A stretch of 64,000 nucleotides of DNA from Alphaproteobacteria bacterium (lineage in GTDB: Bacteria; Pseudomonadota; Alphaproteobacteria; SP197). The stretch spans positions 992,001 to 1,056,000 of the forward strand of contig OZ219747.1 of assembly GCA_964291265.2 (NCBI GenBank). Direction: 5' to 3'. A program made the position numbers and the translations under genes. A model generated the notes under the pieces. It saw only the letters and a program-made list of their open reading frames with translations. It did no database searches and was not told the DNA's origin. Each line of letters opens with the position of its first letter. Within the stretch, counting starts at the first letter, position 1. This document shows positions 1 to 10,612 of this stretch, piece by piece.

Positions 1-585
1 GGCGAACCTGCCCGCCTTCTGGGCTGCCTCGGCGCGATTCTGGCTCGTGACAGCGAACTCGTCCTGGTCTTCCCTGGTGATCTGCCAGCGGCGGGCGACG
101 TTTTCCGCGGTGACGCCCATGTGGTAGCCGTTGAAGGCGTCCCACAGCCCGTCCCTGATCATGGTGTCGATCATGTCGGCATCGCCCATCTTGGTGCCGT
201 TGCGCAGGTGGATGCAGTGGGGAGCCCGGCTCATGCTTTCCTGTCCGCCGGCGACGACGACACGGGCATCGCCTGCGGCGACCTGCTGGGCGCCGACGGC
301 CACCGCACGCAGTCCCGAGCCACACAGCTGGTTGAGACTCCAGGCGGGGCTCTCGACCGGGATGCCGGCGCTGACCGAGGCCTGTCTGGCGGGGTTCTGG
401 CCCTCTCCCGCCTGCAGGATCTGGCCCATGATGACCTCGTCGACGTCGCCCGGTTCCACTCCGGAACGTTCCAGGGCGCCCGAGATGGCGACCCGGCCGA
501 GATCGTGGGCCTCCTGGCTGGCAAGGGCGCCGTTGAAGGAGCCGACGGGTGTTCTGGCTGCGGCAACGATCACGACATCGGTCAT
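1..585 (-). CDS. phbA: Acetyl-CoA C-acetyltransferase (beta-ketothiolase), 3' part outside window
   Basis: Manual minus-strand translation from ATG at 585: MTDVVIVAAARTPVGSFNGALAS..., with the NQLCGSGL active-site motif and a GGAG RBS. Absent from the ORF track because it runs off the edge. Confidence 0.93.
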   Translation of the reverse strand, partial: MTDVVIVAAARTPVGSFNGALASQEAHDLGRVAISGALERSGVEPGDVDEVIMGQILQAGEGQNPARQASVSAGIPVESPAWSLNQLCGSGLRAVAVGAQQVAAGDARVVVAGGQESMSRAPHCIHLRNGTKMGDADMIDTMIRDGLWDAFNGYHMGVTAENVARRWQITREDQDEFAVTSQNRAEAAQKAGRFA

Positions 586-998
586 GACGGGGACTCCCCT
601 GATGGCTGACAGTCCCTTGTGCCACAGGTCCGGCGATCGAGTCGAGACACCCGACAGCGCTTCCGAAGCGGCAGCCCCCCTTGAAGACGCGCAAGGCCTT
701 GCCCGCCGGGCACCGGTCCGTCACGTGAAACGGGAGCCCGGGCCTTGCGGGTGAGCAGGCAGGAACGTCGCCACCACCATGTCGGTTGCCGGGACGCCGG
801 TGGGGAACACGAGTTCCTCGAGCATCCACGAGGGGCAGGGTCTGCTGCTGGCTGGCCGTGAGAGGAGTGAGGCGAAATTGAGTGTGGGATCATCCTGGGG
901 TTCGAGGCACGTTTCTTGAGTGGCCTGCACTTTCCTGTCACGATTACCGTCGACAATGTGCATAATGCTCCTCCATCCCCAAACTAGGAGAAGACTGG

Positions 999-1283
999 AT
1001 GTCGAAAAGCCTGTTCGCTGTCGTGTTAACAGATGGACAAGAGGCAGGCGCTACTCGTTTACGGGAAGCCTATTCGAACGCGCAGGTCTATGAACTCGAA
1101 AACAATGTCTTCCTCGTATCCGGTGACATGCTCAGCAGTACCGTGGCGGCATCTGCTGCCTTGACGAAGGAGCAAGAGGACGAAGGCATCCGTGGAGTCG
1201 TATTCAAACTGAACGGTTCTTACACAGGTTATACACGAGCGTCACTGTGGGAATGGCTTGAGAACGTGGAGGGTGCTGAGTGA
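999..1283 (+). CDS. Small hypothetical protein, possible ferredoxin-like (Cas2/VapD-like) fold
   Basis: AGGAG RBS, 94 aa, alternating beta/alpha pattern, C-terminal Y.GY....LWEWL. Looks lower in GC than the flanks. Confidence 0.7.
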   Translation: MSKSLFAVVLTDGQEAGATRLREAYSNAQVYELENNVFLVSGDMLSSTVAASAALTKEQEDEGIRGVVFKLNGSYTGYTRASLWEWLENVEGAE

Positions 1284-1558
1284 ATACCGACGTGAAGGAG
1301 CAAGATGCACCAAGTCCTGACCGTTTCATGGCGCGCGATGTTTCGGACCTTCGGGAAACAGTCGGACGGTTCGAGGAACGGATCGACGGAATAAGGGAGA
1401 ACATGAGAGAGAACATGGTCACCAAAGCCGAACTGGCCAATAGCTGGGTCGGATGGCTGAAGTGGGCTGTTGCGCTGTTGATCCCGTTGTTGGCAGCCGC
1501 GTTAGGCGCACTTGCGATTACTTTCAGTGGAATGGTCCAAGTGGTGGTCGGTAACTAG
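1280..1558 (+). CDS. Small coiled-coil protein with C-terminal transmembrane helix
   Basis: GTGA overlap with the upstream stop; heptad-like N-half, hydrophobic WAVALLIPLLAAALGALAITF tail. Confidence 0.7.
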   Translation: MNTDVKEQDAPSPDRFMARDVSDLRETVGRFEERIDGIRENMRENMVTKAELANSWVGWLKWAVALLIPLLAAALGALAITFSGMVQVVVGN

Positions 1559-1692
1559 TGTCATGTCAATAAAGATATGTCGTATATTTTGCGCTAGACT
1601 GTCCGTCCATTCGGGACGGAGGTCGGAGTATGAAACGACAATAGGAAAAGACGGCGGCGCTCGGGGAGACAATCAACCGAACACTGAACCCA

Positions 1693-1731
1693 CGACAACA
1701 GGACGTGACAATAGGACCTGACAACAGGGAA
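1693..1731. repeat. Three tandem 13-bp repeats with core GACAAYAGG (extra copy at 1637)
   Basis: cgacaacaggacg / tgacaataggacc / tgacaacagggaa read directly. Confidence 0.75.
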
Positions 1732-1779
1732 GCAACACGACCCTGACAAAGCGCGGCAAATCGCCAAAATCCCGCCGTT

Positions 1780-2025
1780 CTATGCAGCCATCAACACGTG
1801 CATGTCCGTCTCCACCACGAACGAATCGCAACGACCACGAAGAGGATCGTCCACATGGCGACGATCCTTGCCACGCTTGCGCTTTCGCACCATCGCATGG
1901 CCGCTCTCCGCCATCAGTTGCGATACCTTCTCAAGCACTTCCGGCGTCAACTGACTCACGTTGTCCACCACCGTCTGATGCCCATAGCGTGTGTCGTCCC
2001 ATATGTCGGCGTGACCCAGGATCGC
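1780..2025 (-). pseudogene. ISNCY-like transposase internal fragment
   Basis: LGHADIWDDTRYGHQTVVDNVSQLTPEVL...LRGRCDSFVVETD resembles ISNCY-family transposases; no N- or C-terminus present. Confidence 0.65.
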
Positions 2026-2422
2026 CATGCCGTCAGCGACCTCGATCCGTTTGGCTACGGCGAGGCCATGGAAGAGCAGCGCATCGCAACCCTCGTCAAG
2101 ATTGCCGAGGACGCCAACGGCTTCGCCGTCCCGGGCCGGCGACAGGAACGCGTTCAGCTGCGTAAGGCCGTTCGGAAACGTTCGTCGGACAACTCCGAAG
2201 ACTGCGCGATCAGGTCGCCCGCAAAATTGTTCCGCCCGAACCCGGGATTCGCACCGAGAAGCCGTTCTCGCCGATGAGGCGGCGTGCCACCGCCACCCGC
2301 TCAAGTGTGGGATGAGCGAGGAGGGCGTGACTCGCGGTATCCAGAATCGGGCGCAACGGCGCGTATTCGGCTTCTCTGCCGAGGACCTTGATGCGACGCA
2401 CACCCGCATAGACCATGCCTAG

Positions 2423-4378
2423 ACCGAAGTTCCAGCGTCGATCAAGTGCAAGTGCTTGATATAAATGGCATTCGATGGATCTCAGGGGCGTCTGACTGGG
2501 TACATCACGGCTTCACGCCCAGGAGCTTGAGTGCTCTTCTCTGGAGCGGCGTGGGCCGCGTGGTGACCTGGAAGGGTTGGGCGCCCGCAAGGCGGGGCGC
2601 CACGGTGTTGCGGGTGATGGTCGCGAGATCATCGAGGAGAGTGCGGAAGCTGTGCACCGGATCACCCCCGGGCGTCCTCTTGGTTGCCGCCTTGGCCCGG
2701 GCGCTCGCCGAGACTTCTGCCGGCGCCACGACGGACGGCCGCCGGGCCTCGGCGCCTTCGGCATCCTCGTCGTCGAACAGCATGGGCTTCAGTTTCTGGC
2801 GCATGTGCCATTCAACGTAGTAGGCGAGCATGCACAGGAAGACATGGGTGCGGACCCGGGGTTCGGTGCGGTGGTAGACGGGACGGACCTTCAGATCCAC
2901 GGTCTTCAGGCTGCGGAAGGCCCGTTCCACCGAACTCAACCGCTTGTAGGCGCGCACCGTGCCGGGACCGTCGAGCTCGCTCTGCGGCAGGCTGGTGCGG
3001 ATCACGTAGAGGCCGTCGAGCCTGGCCTCGGCGGCGATGGCAGCCTCATCGCGCCCATAGGTGAAGACACCCTCGTCGTCGATGGACCACGTGAAGTGCT
3101 TCGCCATCTTGTACTTGCCGATGACCTTGCCGACCCTCTCCCCGATCTTGTCGGCACCCTTGAGACGGCGCTTGTCGCGCCGTGTCGCTGCTGCGATCGG
3201 TTCAAGCAGGGCCTCGGTGGCCTCGAGCAGCTCCTGGCGCTTGCGGGCCCGGTCCTCGGCCAGCAGGGGGTTGCGGCAGACCATGAGGCGTTCGCCGGGA
3301 TACGCATCGCTGGTGATCTCCACCAGGTCCCTCTCGTCGAAGAGCGACATCTCGACGTCGCCGGCCTCCACAAGGGCGCGGATGGCCGGTCCCCTCAAGG
3401 CGCTGATCCAGTCCAGGCCCGCAGGCTTCACCTCCTCGCGTATGCGCGCCTCGGTCAGCATCCCCCGGTCTCCCACCAGCACCACCTTCGCCAGGGAGAA
3501 GCGCTCCTGCAGCGTGGTGATCTGTGAGGCAACCGTCCCGGGGTCCGCCGTGTTGCCGGGGAACACTTCCACCGACACTGGACAGCCGTCCCGATCGCAC
3601 AGAAGGCCGAACTCGATCTGCAGCTTGCCCTTCTTGCCATCCCGGGAATGACCCCTCCTTGCCAGGGGACACGCTCTCCCCTCCATCCATACCGAGGTCA
3701 GGTCATAGAGCACCAGGCAGCCCTCTTCGAGGCGCCGCTTCGCCAGGGACCGCTCGATCCTCTCCTGACGCTCCAGGAGCCAGTCCATGGCGCCGTGGAG
3801 GGCGTCCTCGTCCATCTCCGCATCGAGGACCTCGCCCAGGGTGCTGACCGCTGTCGTCTCGGCCAGCCCCCTGGCCGTGGCCAGCTTCGAGGCGGGCTCG
3901 AGGATGCGTGCCACGATCATGGCCAGGACCTGATCGCGCCGTGCCGAGGGCTTCGGGTCGATCAACCTGTCCAGTCCCAGCTTCTTCAGGGTTCCCAGCA
4001 CCGCGGCGACATGCCCATGGGGGAGGGAGCGGACGATGTCGAAGGCATCGTCGAGATGTCGGACTGCTGTTCCTCCCTTGAGGAGGATGCGCAATCCCTC
4101 GACGAGAGTGGGGGACCACTTGGAGAGGTTGGCGATGGTGCGCTTCTTGACCTTTCCGTTTTCGCGCCAGGACTCGCGGAGCAGGATGGCGGGCGGCGAG
4201 GAGCGGTTGGGGACGGCTTCGATGTACATGGCTACTGTACATAGGCACGGCACTGCCGTGTGTCAAGCACAAAATGCATCCGTACATGGGTACACTGTGA
4301 AGTCCGTCAAACCCGATAAACCACGCAATATCAACGACTTGACGCGACTTCCAGCTGGAAAACGTCCGGAACTTCGGC
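2423..4378 (-). mobile_element. IS1634-family insertion sequence
   Basis: Terminal IRs ACCGAAGTTCC (2423) and GGAACTTCGGC (ends 4378), flanked by duplicated CTAG (2419-2422, 4379-4382); encloses one transposase. Confidence 0.9.
2505..4229 (-). CDS. IS1634-family DDE transposase
   Basis: MYIEAVPNRSSPPAILLRESWRE.GKV..RT.ANLS N-terminus; LYDLTS, VGDRGM and VERAFRSLK DDE motifs; intact ORF. Confidence 0.93.
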   Translation of the reverse strand: MYIEAVPNRSSPPAILLRESWRENGKVKKRTIANLSKWSPTLVEGLRILLKGGTAVRHLDDAFDIVRSLPHGHVAAVLGTLKKLGLDRLIDPKPSARRDQVLAMIVARILEPASKLATARGLAETTAVSTLGEVLDAEMDEDALHGAMDWLLERQERIERSLAKRRLEEGCLVLYDLTSVWMEGRACPLARRGHSRDGKKGKLQIEFGLLCDRDGCPVSVEVFPGNTADPGTVASQITTLQERFSLAKVVLVGDRGMLTEARIREEVKPAGLDWISALRGPAIRALVEAGDVEMSLFDERDLVEITSDAYPGERLMVCRNPLLAEDRARKRQELLEATEALLEPIAAATRRDKRRLKGADKIGERVGKVIGKYKMAKHFTWSIDDEGVFTYGRDEAAIAAEARLDGLYVIRTSLPQSELDGPGTVRAYKRLSSVERAFRSLKTVDLKVRPVYHRTEPRVRTHVFLCMLAYYVEWHMRQKLKPMLFDDEDAEGAEARRPSVVAPAEVSASARAKAATKRTPGGDPVHSFRTLLDDLATITRNTVAPRLAGAQPFQVTTRPTPLQRRALKLLGVKP

Positions 4379-4538
4379 CTAGATCGTCGAGCGGAAACGG
4401 AGTGACGTTCTGTCCGTTGATGTCGATCAACTTGCGGGGATTGTGCTGCCGGTAGGCGTGCATGAAAGGCTCTTGCGCTGTCTGCAGCGCGGGAAGAACC
4501 GCGGCCAACCGGATGATCCAGTCTTCGGCCCCGGATTC

Positions 4539-6638
4539 CAGGGCTTTTCTTTTGTCGTCCCGGCGCTCGGCGCACGCAGGCTGATCTTTGGGGTGGACAT
4601 CCCGTTTTCGCTGTGGCAGTGTGCCGGCATGACGACGCTTGTGACCCCAGATTCCCCTATCGACCTTCACGAGGTGACGGTGCGCCCGACCCGTGGCGCA
4701 CGTGAGCACCGGCTCTGGGATCGTCTGGTCAAGGAGCATCACTACCTGCGGTTTCACGGCATCATCGGCAAGGGCCTGCGCCATGTCGCCCTGCACGGCG
4801 AGACCTGGGTGGCGCTGGTTGGCTGGCAGCCGGGCTCGTTCAAGCTTGCTGCACGCGACCGCTGGATTGGCTGGACTGCGGAGCAGCAGTTCCGCCGCCT
4901 GCATCTGATCGCGAACAATTCCCGGTTCGTCATTCTTGGCCCGAGAGGGGTGCCGAACCTGGCGTCCCGTGTGCTCGGCCTGAGCCTTCGGCGGCTGTCC
5001 GCCGACATCGAGGCGGCGCACGGATATCCGGTGCTCCTCGCGGAGACGTTCGTCGACATCAAGCGCTTCGCCGGAACCTGCTATCGCGCGGCGAACTGGC
5101 GCTCGCTGGGATTGACGCGCGGCTTCGGTCGCAAGCCCGGCGGCACCGCACGCTTCCGTCACCACGGCCAGCCCAAGGAGATCTTCATGTACGAACTGAC
5201 CGACGACGCCGCCGAGGCGCTGAGCCGGGACGCGATCCCGGAGAGCTGGAACGCGGAGCAGCACGACCAAGCCGGACCGATGGCCGCGTCCGGGCTGCGC
5301 AGTCTGTTCGCCTGCCTGGGCGAGGTGCCCGAGTGCCGCAAGCCCCGGGGCAAGCGCTATCCGCTGAGAACCATTCTCGCGATCGCCGTCGCAGCCCGGC
5401 TCGCCGGCTACCGCGGCGTGAGCGCATTCGCTCAGTTCGCCGCCCTGCTCACCCAGGAACAGCTGGCGGCGGTGGGTGCGTTCTACAGCCCGTCGAAGAA
5501 GCGCTACACGGCGCCCACGTCCACAACCTTCCACACCATTCTCGCCAACCTGCCGCCCGAGACCCTGGACCACGCCATCGGCCTGTGGACGGCCCAGCAG
5601 GCCGGTGCAGACACACCGCTCGCCATGGACGGCAAGGACATCCGCGGCGCCTCCAGGCAGACCAAAAACGGGCGGCGGATGATGGTCGCAGCGGTCGAGC
5701 ACGGAACCGGCATGGTCCTCGGCCAGGTCGAGGTCGACGCGAAGAGCAACGAGATCCCCGCCGTGCGGGACCTCGCCAGCAGCATCGACGTCATATAAGG
5801 CCGCATCGTCACCCTGGACGCGATGCACGCTCAGCACGAGACCGCACGACGGCTTCTCGAACGCCGCGCCGACTATGTCATCACGGCGATCAAGGATAAC
5901 CAGGAGACCATGCTCGACGACCTCAAGGCCATCGACTTCAAGGGCGCGGCTTCGTTCGAGACACTCGACAAGAGGCACGGACGCATCGAGCGCCGCCGCT
6001 GTGCCGTGGTCGACATCTCCGGCGCCAAGTGGGACGGCTACGCCGCTCTCCACGGTCGCCACCAAGCCATCCGCATCGAGCGCGAACGCGAGATCTGCAA
6101 GACCAAAGAACGCAGTGTCGAGACCACCTGGTGCCTCACCTCGCTCGCTCCCGAACGCGCCGGACCCGAGATGCTTCTGGCCCTCGTGCGCGACCACTGG
6201 GTCATCGAAAATCGACTCCACTACGTACGCGACTTCACCTACGACGAGGACCGCTGCAGGGTCCATGTGCGCCATCTGCCACGCAACCTCTCCTGCCTGA
6301 CAAACGCCGCCATCGCCATCGTGCGCTGCGGCGGACATTTCGACTATATGCCCGAAGCCAACCGGCACGACGCCGCTCGCGCCCAGGACGCACTCGACGC
6401 TATCCTCATCCCGCCCGGCGGATGAACCTTCGCTCCTGACCCCGCGCCACAAGCCGGGAACGCGCCGCCTGACGGCGCAACAGGACAGCTCTGTTCGCAC
6501 ACTCGAAAAAACGTGCCTGGTGAGCCCTGATGCACCAGCAGTGCCCACTGAAACCAGCCCACAGTGAACCCGGGCGCCTCAACCATGCCGGTCCCTGTCA
6601 CATCAACAATCCACAGGACTGACAAAAGAATGGTCCTG
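4539..6638 (+). mobile_element. ISAs1-family insertion sequence
   Basis: Imperfect 18-bp IRs CAGGGCTTTTCTTTTGTC / GACAAAAGAATGGTCCTG; perfect 10-bp target duplication CCCCGGATTC (4529-4538, 6639-6648). Confidence 0.92.
4629..6425 (+). pseudogene. ISAs1-family transposase with N-terminal DUF4338-like domain, in-frame TAA at 5796-5798
   Basis: ANNSRF.IL, ETFVD..RF.GTCYRAANW (DUF4338-like); MDGK.IRG, KSNEIP, VTLDAMH and HWVIENRLHYVRD (ISAs1 DDE). The two ORF pieces are in the same frame. Confidence 0.9.
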
Positions 6639-6761
6639 CCCCGGATTCCACCATTCCAGGGGACGCCTCCGCCTCCCGCAAGAAGCAAGGGCCACTCCGG
6701 CGAGCGGCCCTTGAGCCGACAGCACGCTGCCAGCGGGTAACTGGGTACAATCTAGCTCCGC

Positions 6762-7017
6762 CCGCGCCGCCCTTCAAGAGGTTTCCGAATACCGCGAACA
6801 GCCAATTCTCATGCGGTCTCTGTCCTGCCGCCCACCGCGGCCGGACGAGGGGCGCCTGATGGACCCGGCAAGGCAATGGGCAGGGTAACGAGGAGCGCGG
6901 TGGTTGTACGCCCGGAGAATCGCGTCTTCGAGACAGCCGCCGCACACAGCGACCCAGGAACAATGGCCATGACGCTCGACACCGAAGCGACGCGGAGCGA
7001 CAGGCCGGGCGCCCGTC
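6762..7017. repeat. Diverged ~250-bp direct repeat, copy 1 (copy 2 at 11116-11364)
   Basis: Collinear shared blocks CCGCGCCGCCCTTCAAGA, GCGAACAGCC, ATGGACCCGGCAAGGC, ACAATGGCCATGACG. Confidence 0.85.
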
Positions 7018-7779
7018 AGACACTGGAATGGGCTGCTGGTCCGGGGTGGTTGTCCCTCGACCGACTTGCGGGAAGTCGGCCGAGGGGCCTGTCTCCGGGA
7101 GGATGAGTTCACCGGAAACGAGTCATTGTCGCATGTTTCCTTCCCGGGTCCCATGCATTCCCGGGTCCATGTCTGGACTTTTTTGAGAGGACTGATGCGG
7201 CGTGAGCGCTGCCGGCATGGCGGCGGTCGCCTCCACGGCGCGCTATCCAGACGCAGGCTGCACCCGAATGCGCCTGCCCTTCGCGGCGACATCCGCCGCT
7301 TCCGCTTCTGCTGCCCTCGATGCGTTTCTTCGGCCGGAGGTTTCGAGTGGCTCCTGTGTCCCTGGCTGCGAGCCTCCTGGTTCTGCGCGGCAGCGCTCCC
7401 CTGGCGGCGGGCCGCATGCTTGGCAACCCGGATGCTTGGGCGCGTGGCGCTGGAGGCGTGGCGATCCGGCGGTGGAGCCGGGCGAGCCGCCGCTTGTGGA
7501 CCCGGTGCGCTTGATGCAAGGCGGGCCGCCGCGGTCGCGCTAGGCCTGGCTCATGCCGTGGACCGGATCCCGCAGGATTGTTGATGGCCGCAGGGGGTGG
7601 GGGATGACCGTTCAGGGACCTTCCTCCCGCGGAACGGACACGGAGGAAGGACGTCGTGGCAACGCGGAACGAAGCGGACGTCTGGGCGCGGCTGCCGCTT
7701 CGCGGTGGTCGGTCCGCTGCGTGAAGGGGCGGCTGCGGGTCGAACTTGAACGGCTGTCGCGGCCGGACTGGGTGTCCCG

Positions 7780-8409
7780 TCAATCGTCGGCCGGATCGAA
7801 TCCGGCAAGGATCGCCATTCGCACCAGGTGAGACAGGCTTTGCGCGCTCATCTTCATCATGACGTTCTTGCGATAGACTTCGATCGTGCGATGGCTGATG
7901 CCCAGGCGACGGGCCGCCACCTTGTTGGGCCGACCGACAACCAACTGCCCGAGCACGTCCCGTTCGCGCGTCGTCAGGCGGTCTATCCGCGCCGCGATCT
8001 CGGACTTCATTTCCTCGTTGCGGCGAACATTCCTGCGAACCTCGATCGCCCGCGCGACGCTGCCGAGCAGGCGGTCCCGGCCGACCGGCTTCTCGATGAA
8101 ATCAACAGCGCCGGCATTCATCGCCTGGACCGCCATCGCCACATCGCCATGTCCCGTGACAAGGATTACGGGAAGCAACGCGCCCAAGGCGTTCAGGCGC
8201 CGCTGGACCTCCAGCCCGTCCATTTCAGGCATCTTGATGTCAAGCACGACGCAGACACCCGGGACCGACCCCAGAGAATCGAGAAAAGCCGCGCCCGATG
8301 CGAACGCCGCTGTTCGATAGCCAGCGGTTCCAAGCAATGCCTGGAGGGACTCGCGGGCGGCGGCATCGTCCTCAACGATGAAGACCAGCTCGCCTCGCAT
8401 GTCAGCCAT
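7780..8409 (-). CDS. fixJ: FixJ-family response regulator (REC + LuxR HTH)
   Basis: VFIVEDD, LDIKMPEMDG, TGHGDVAMAVQAM.AGAVDFIEKP, LT.RERDVL, ISHRTIEVYR. Start 8409 or 8400. Confidence 0.9.
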   Translation of the reverse strand: MADMRGELVFIVEDDAAARESLQALLGTAGYRTAAFASGAAFLDSLGSVPGVCVVLDIKMPEMDGLEVQRRLNALGALLPVILVTGHGDVAMAVQAMNAGAVDFIEKPVGRDRLLGSVARAIEVRRNVRRNEEMKSEIAARIDRLTTRERDVLGQLVVGRPNKVAARRLGISHRTIEVYRKNVMMKMSAQSLSHLVRMAILAGFDPADD

Positions 8410-9547
8410 CCGTTTCGTTGAATATCGGAATGGTACCGTGGAATGCGGTTCCCTTCCCGGATTCGGTGCGGAAGGAGATTGTGCCCCCATGGGCCTCGAC
8501 GATGGTGCGGCAGATCGTGAGACCGATGCCCGTGCCTCCGGATTTTGTTGAAACGAAGGGCTCGAACGGCCGGTCCTGTATGCTGGCCGGGAGCCCCGGT
8601 CCGGTATCGCTGACCGTGATCTCAATGGTGTCGCGAAGCTGCGCTGTGGCGATGACGACACAGCGTGCCCTGCGACCGGCCAGGGCCTCTATGCTGTTGC
8701 GTACAAGATTCAGGATGACCTGCTGGAACTGAATGCCGTCGACGAGCACCGGGGGCAGGTTCGGCGACAGCCTCAATCTCACGTCGACATTCTCGATCTT
8801 CGTCCCCAGGGTCGCCAGGGCACAGGCGTCTTCGACCAGGGTATTGATGTGCTCAAGCGAACGTTCGGTGTCGTTTCTGCGGGTAAGCTTGCGCAGCTGG
8901 CGGATGACGTCGCCGGCCCGATGGGTCTGGGCTACCGCTTGTTCATGAACTCCCGCAACTGGTCGGGATCCCTGATGTCACCCCGGTCGAGCAACGCTGC
9001 ACCGGCCTCGACAAACCCGACGATGGCCGAGAGCGGTTGATTGAGTTCATGCGCCAGAGCCGGCCCATGGTACCGAGCGTGCTGGCCCGCGAAACACGCA
9101 ACAGGTCGTTCTGCAGTTCATCGATGCGTCTCGTGCGCGCTGGTCTTCGGTAAGGTCGTGGATCGTCCCCACGAACAAGGGACCGTTGCGAGCGCGGCTG
9201 AGTTCGCCGACCGAAAGTCGAAACGGGAAAGCTGAACCATCCTTGCGACATCCGGTGACGTCGCGGCCGATGCCGATGATCCTGGGGATGCCGGACCGCA
9301 GGTAGTTGTGCAGGTAGCTATCGTGGTTTTCGCGGTGCGGAGAAGGCATGAGCATGCTGACGTTGCGGCCGAGCACCTCCCCGGCGGTATAGCCGAACAA
9401 TCGCTCGCAGGCAGCGCTGTACAAGACGACCGTTCCGTTCCGGTCTATCACGATTGTGCCGTCGATCGCGGTATCGATCGCTTCGCGCAGTTCCGTCTCG
9501 GTGAGTGCGGGTTCCTGTTGCGGGCTCGAACGCGCTGGCGTGGACAT
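8402..9547 (-). pseudogene. fixL: FixL-like heme-PAS histidine kinase with three frameshifts (~9130, ~9060, ~8940)
   Basis: PAS MPSPHRENHDSYL.NY...G..RIIGIGR; H-box LAHELNQPL in another frame; HATPase NLVRNSIEA, DTGPG, GTGIGL in a further frame. Confidence 0.88.
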
Positions 9548-10105
9548 GGTGGCGGCAGGAGGTGAGATCAGGTGGCCGTCAAACCGACGTGCATCGCACG
9601 GATTGACCGGTGCATGCTCAGCCCCCCTGCTCTGAACCCTTCACATTGGGGTACTCGGCTTCAAGGAACGATACGCCAGATACGCCACCTTGATCGGTCA
9701 ATCCATCTGGTCGAATGCCGGAGTCGGCGCTCGATGGATTCACGGCCGGTCACGAGACTGGCGGGGCGTTCGTCGCGCTCCATGAGAGCAATCGCAGCAC
9801 AGTCTCCGCCAACATCCGAGCAGACGGCGGGATTGCGTCCCATCGCGATAGCCGTCCGTTTCGATGCTCCCGAACCATAGTGTACGGTGCGCCGGACCTG
9901 ATTGTCGAACCGCTCCCAAGTCGATCCGTATTTGCCCTTAAGTGTGTTTCCCGAATTGCGCTTTTCCGGGACGTATCGATGATCAGCGCGTCGCATGTGC
10001 GACGGGTCCGTGGTCCGATGTCCCTTGCGAACCAGGAGACGCAGCCGCCGGATCGACCATCGATCGACAAGACCAAAGGAGGATTGTCAATGTCAATGCT
10101 CGTCA

Positions 10106-10612
10106 ATGTCAATGCTCGAATTGGTTCCCTGGCGCAAAGACAGAAAACAGATGACCCGTGAGCCGGGGGGCGACTGGCTGATGCCCCTGCATCATCAGAT
10201 CGACCGCGTGTTCACGGACTTCTTCGGTGCGGACTTTCCGCGCTTCGCCGGCACCGGCTGGAACAGGGATTTCTCGCCCGACATGGACGTAAGCGAGAGC
10301 GACCGGCAGATCGAGGAGACCGCGGAGATGCCGGGGATGGATGACAAGGACATCGAGGTCACCCTCACCGACGGCGTGCTGACGGTCAAGGGCGAGAAGC
10401 GGTCGGAGAGCAGAGAAGAGGACAAGGACAGGCACCACTACCGCCTGGAGCGCTGCTACGGCACCTTTCGACGTTCGTTCCAGCTGCCGCCCGAAATCGA
10501 CGCCGACGCGGTGTCGGCCAGCTTCGACAAGAGCATCCTGAAGATCACTGTCGCCAAGAAGCAGACCGCGGAAGTGGCGACCAGGAAGATCGAAGTGAGT
10601 TCGGGGACGTAG
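10106..10612 (+). CDS. Hsp20/alpha-crystallin small heat shock protein
   Basis: PDMDVSE, AEMPG, DIEVTL.DGVLTVKGEK, ER.YG.FRRSFQLP motifs. Start region carries a 16-bp tandem duplication. Confidence 0.9.
   Translation: MSMLELVPWRKDRKQMTREPGGDWLMPLHHQIDRVFTDFFGADFPRFAGTGWNRDFSPDMDVSESDRQIEETAEMPGMDDKDIEVTLTDGVLTVKGEKRSESREEDKDRHHYRLERCYGTFRRSFQLPPEIDADAVSASFDKSILKITVAKKQTAEVATRKIEVSSGT

Larger units (their letters stand above)
2026..6654 (-). pseudogene. Hypothetical gene split by two IS insertions (pieces 6654-6639, 4528-4379, 2418-~2026)
   Basis: Removing both IS and one copy of each target duplication restores an open frame MVESGAEDWIIRLAAVLPALQTAQEPF...TPFPLDDLGMVYAGVRRIK... Confidence 0.8.

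Noticed and set aside
4629-5200. DUF4338/DruA-like domain as a Druantia defence system
   Set aside because: It is fused to the ISAs1 transposase inside the IS ends, and no other Druantia genes are present.
9688-9703. FNR/FixK box upstream of fixL (TTGATCGGTCAA)
   Set aside because: Half-site spacing is 2 bp shorter than the TTGAT-N4-ATCAA consensus.
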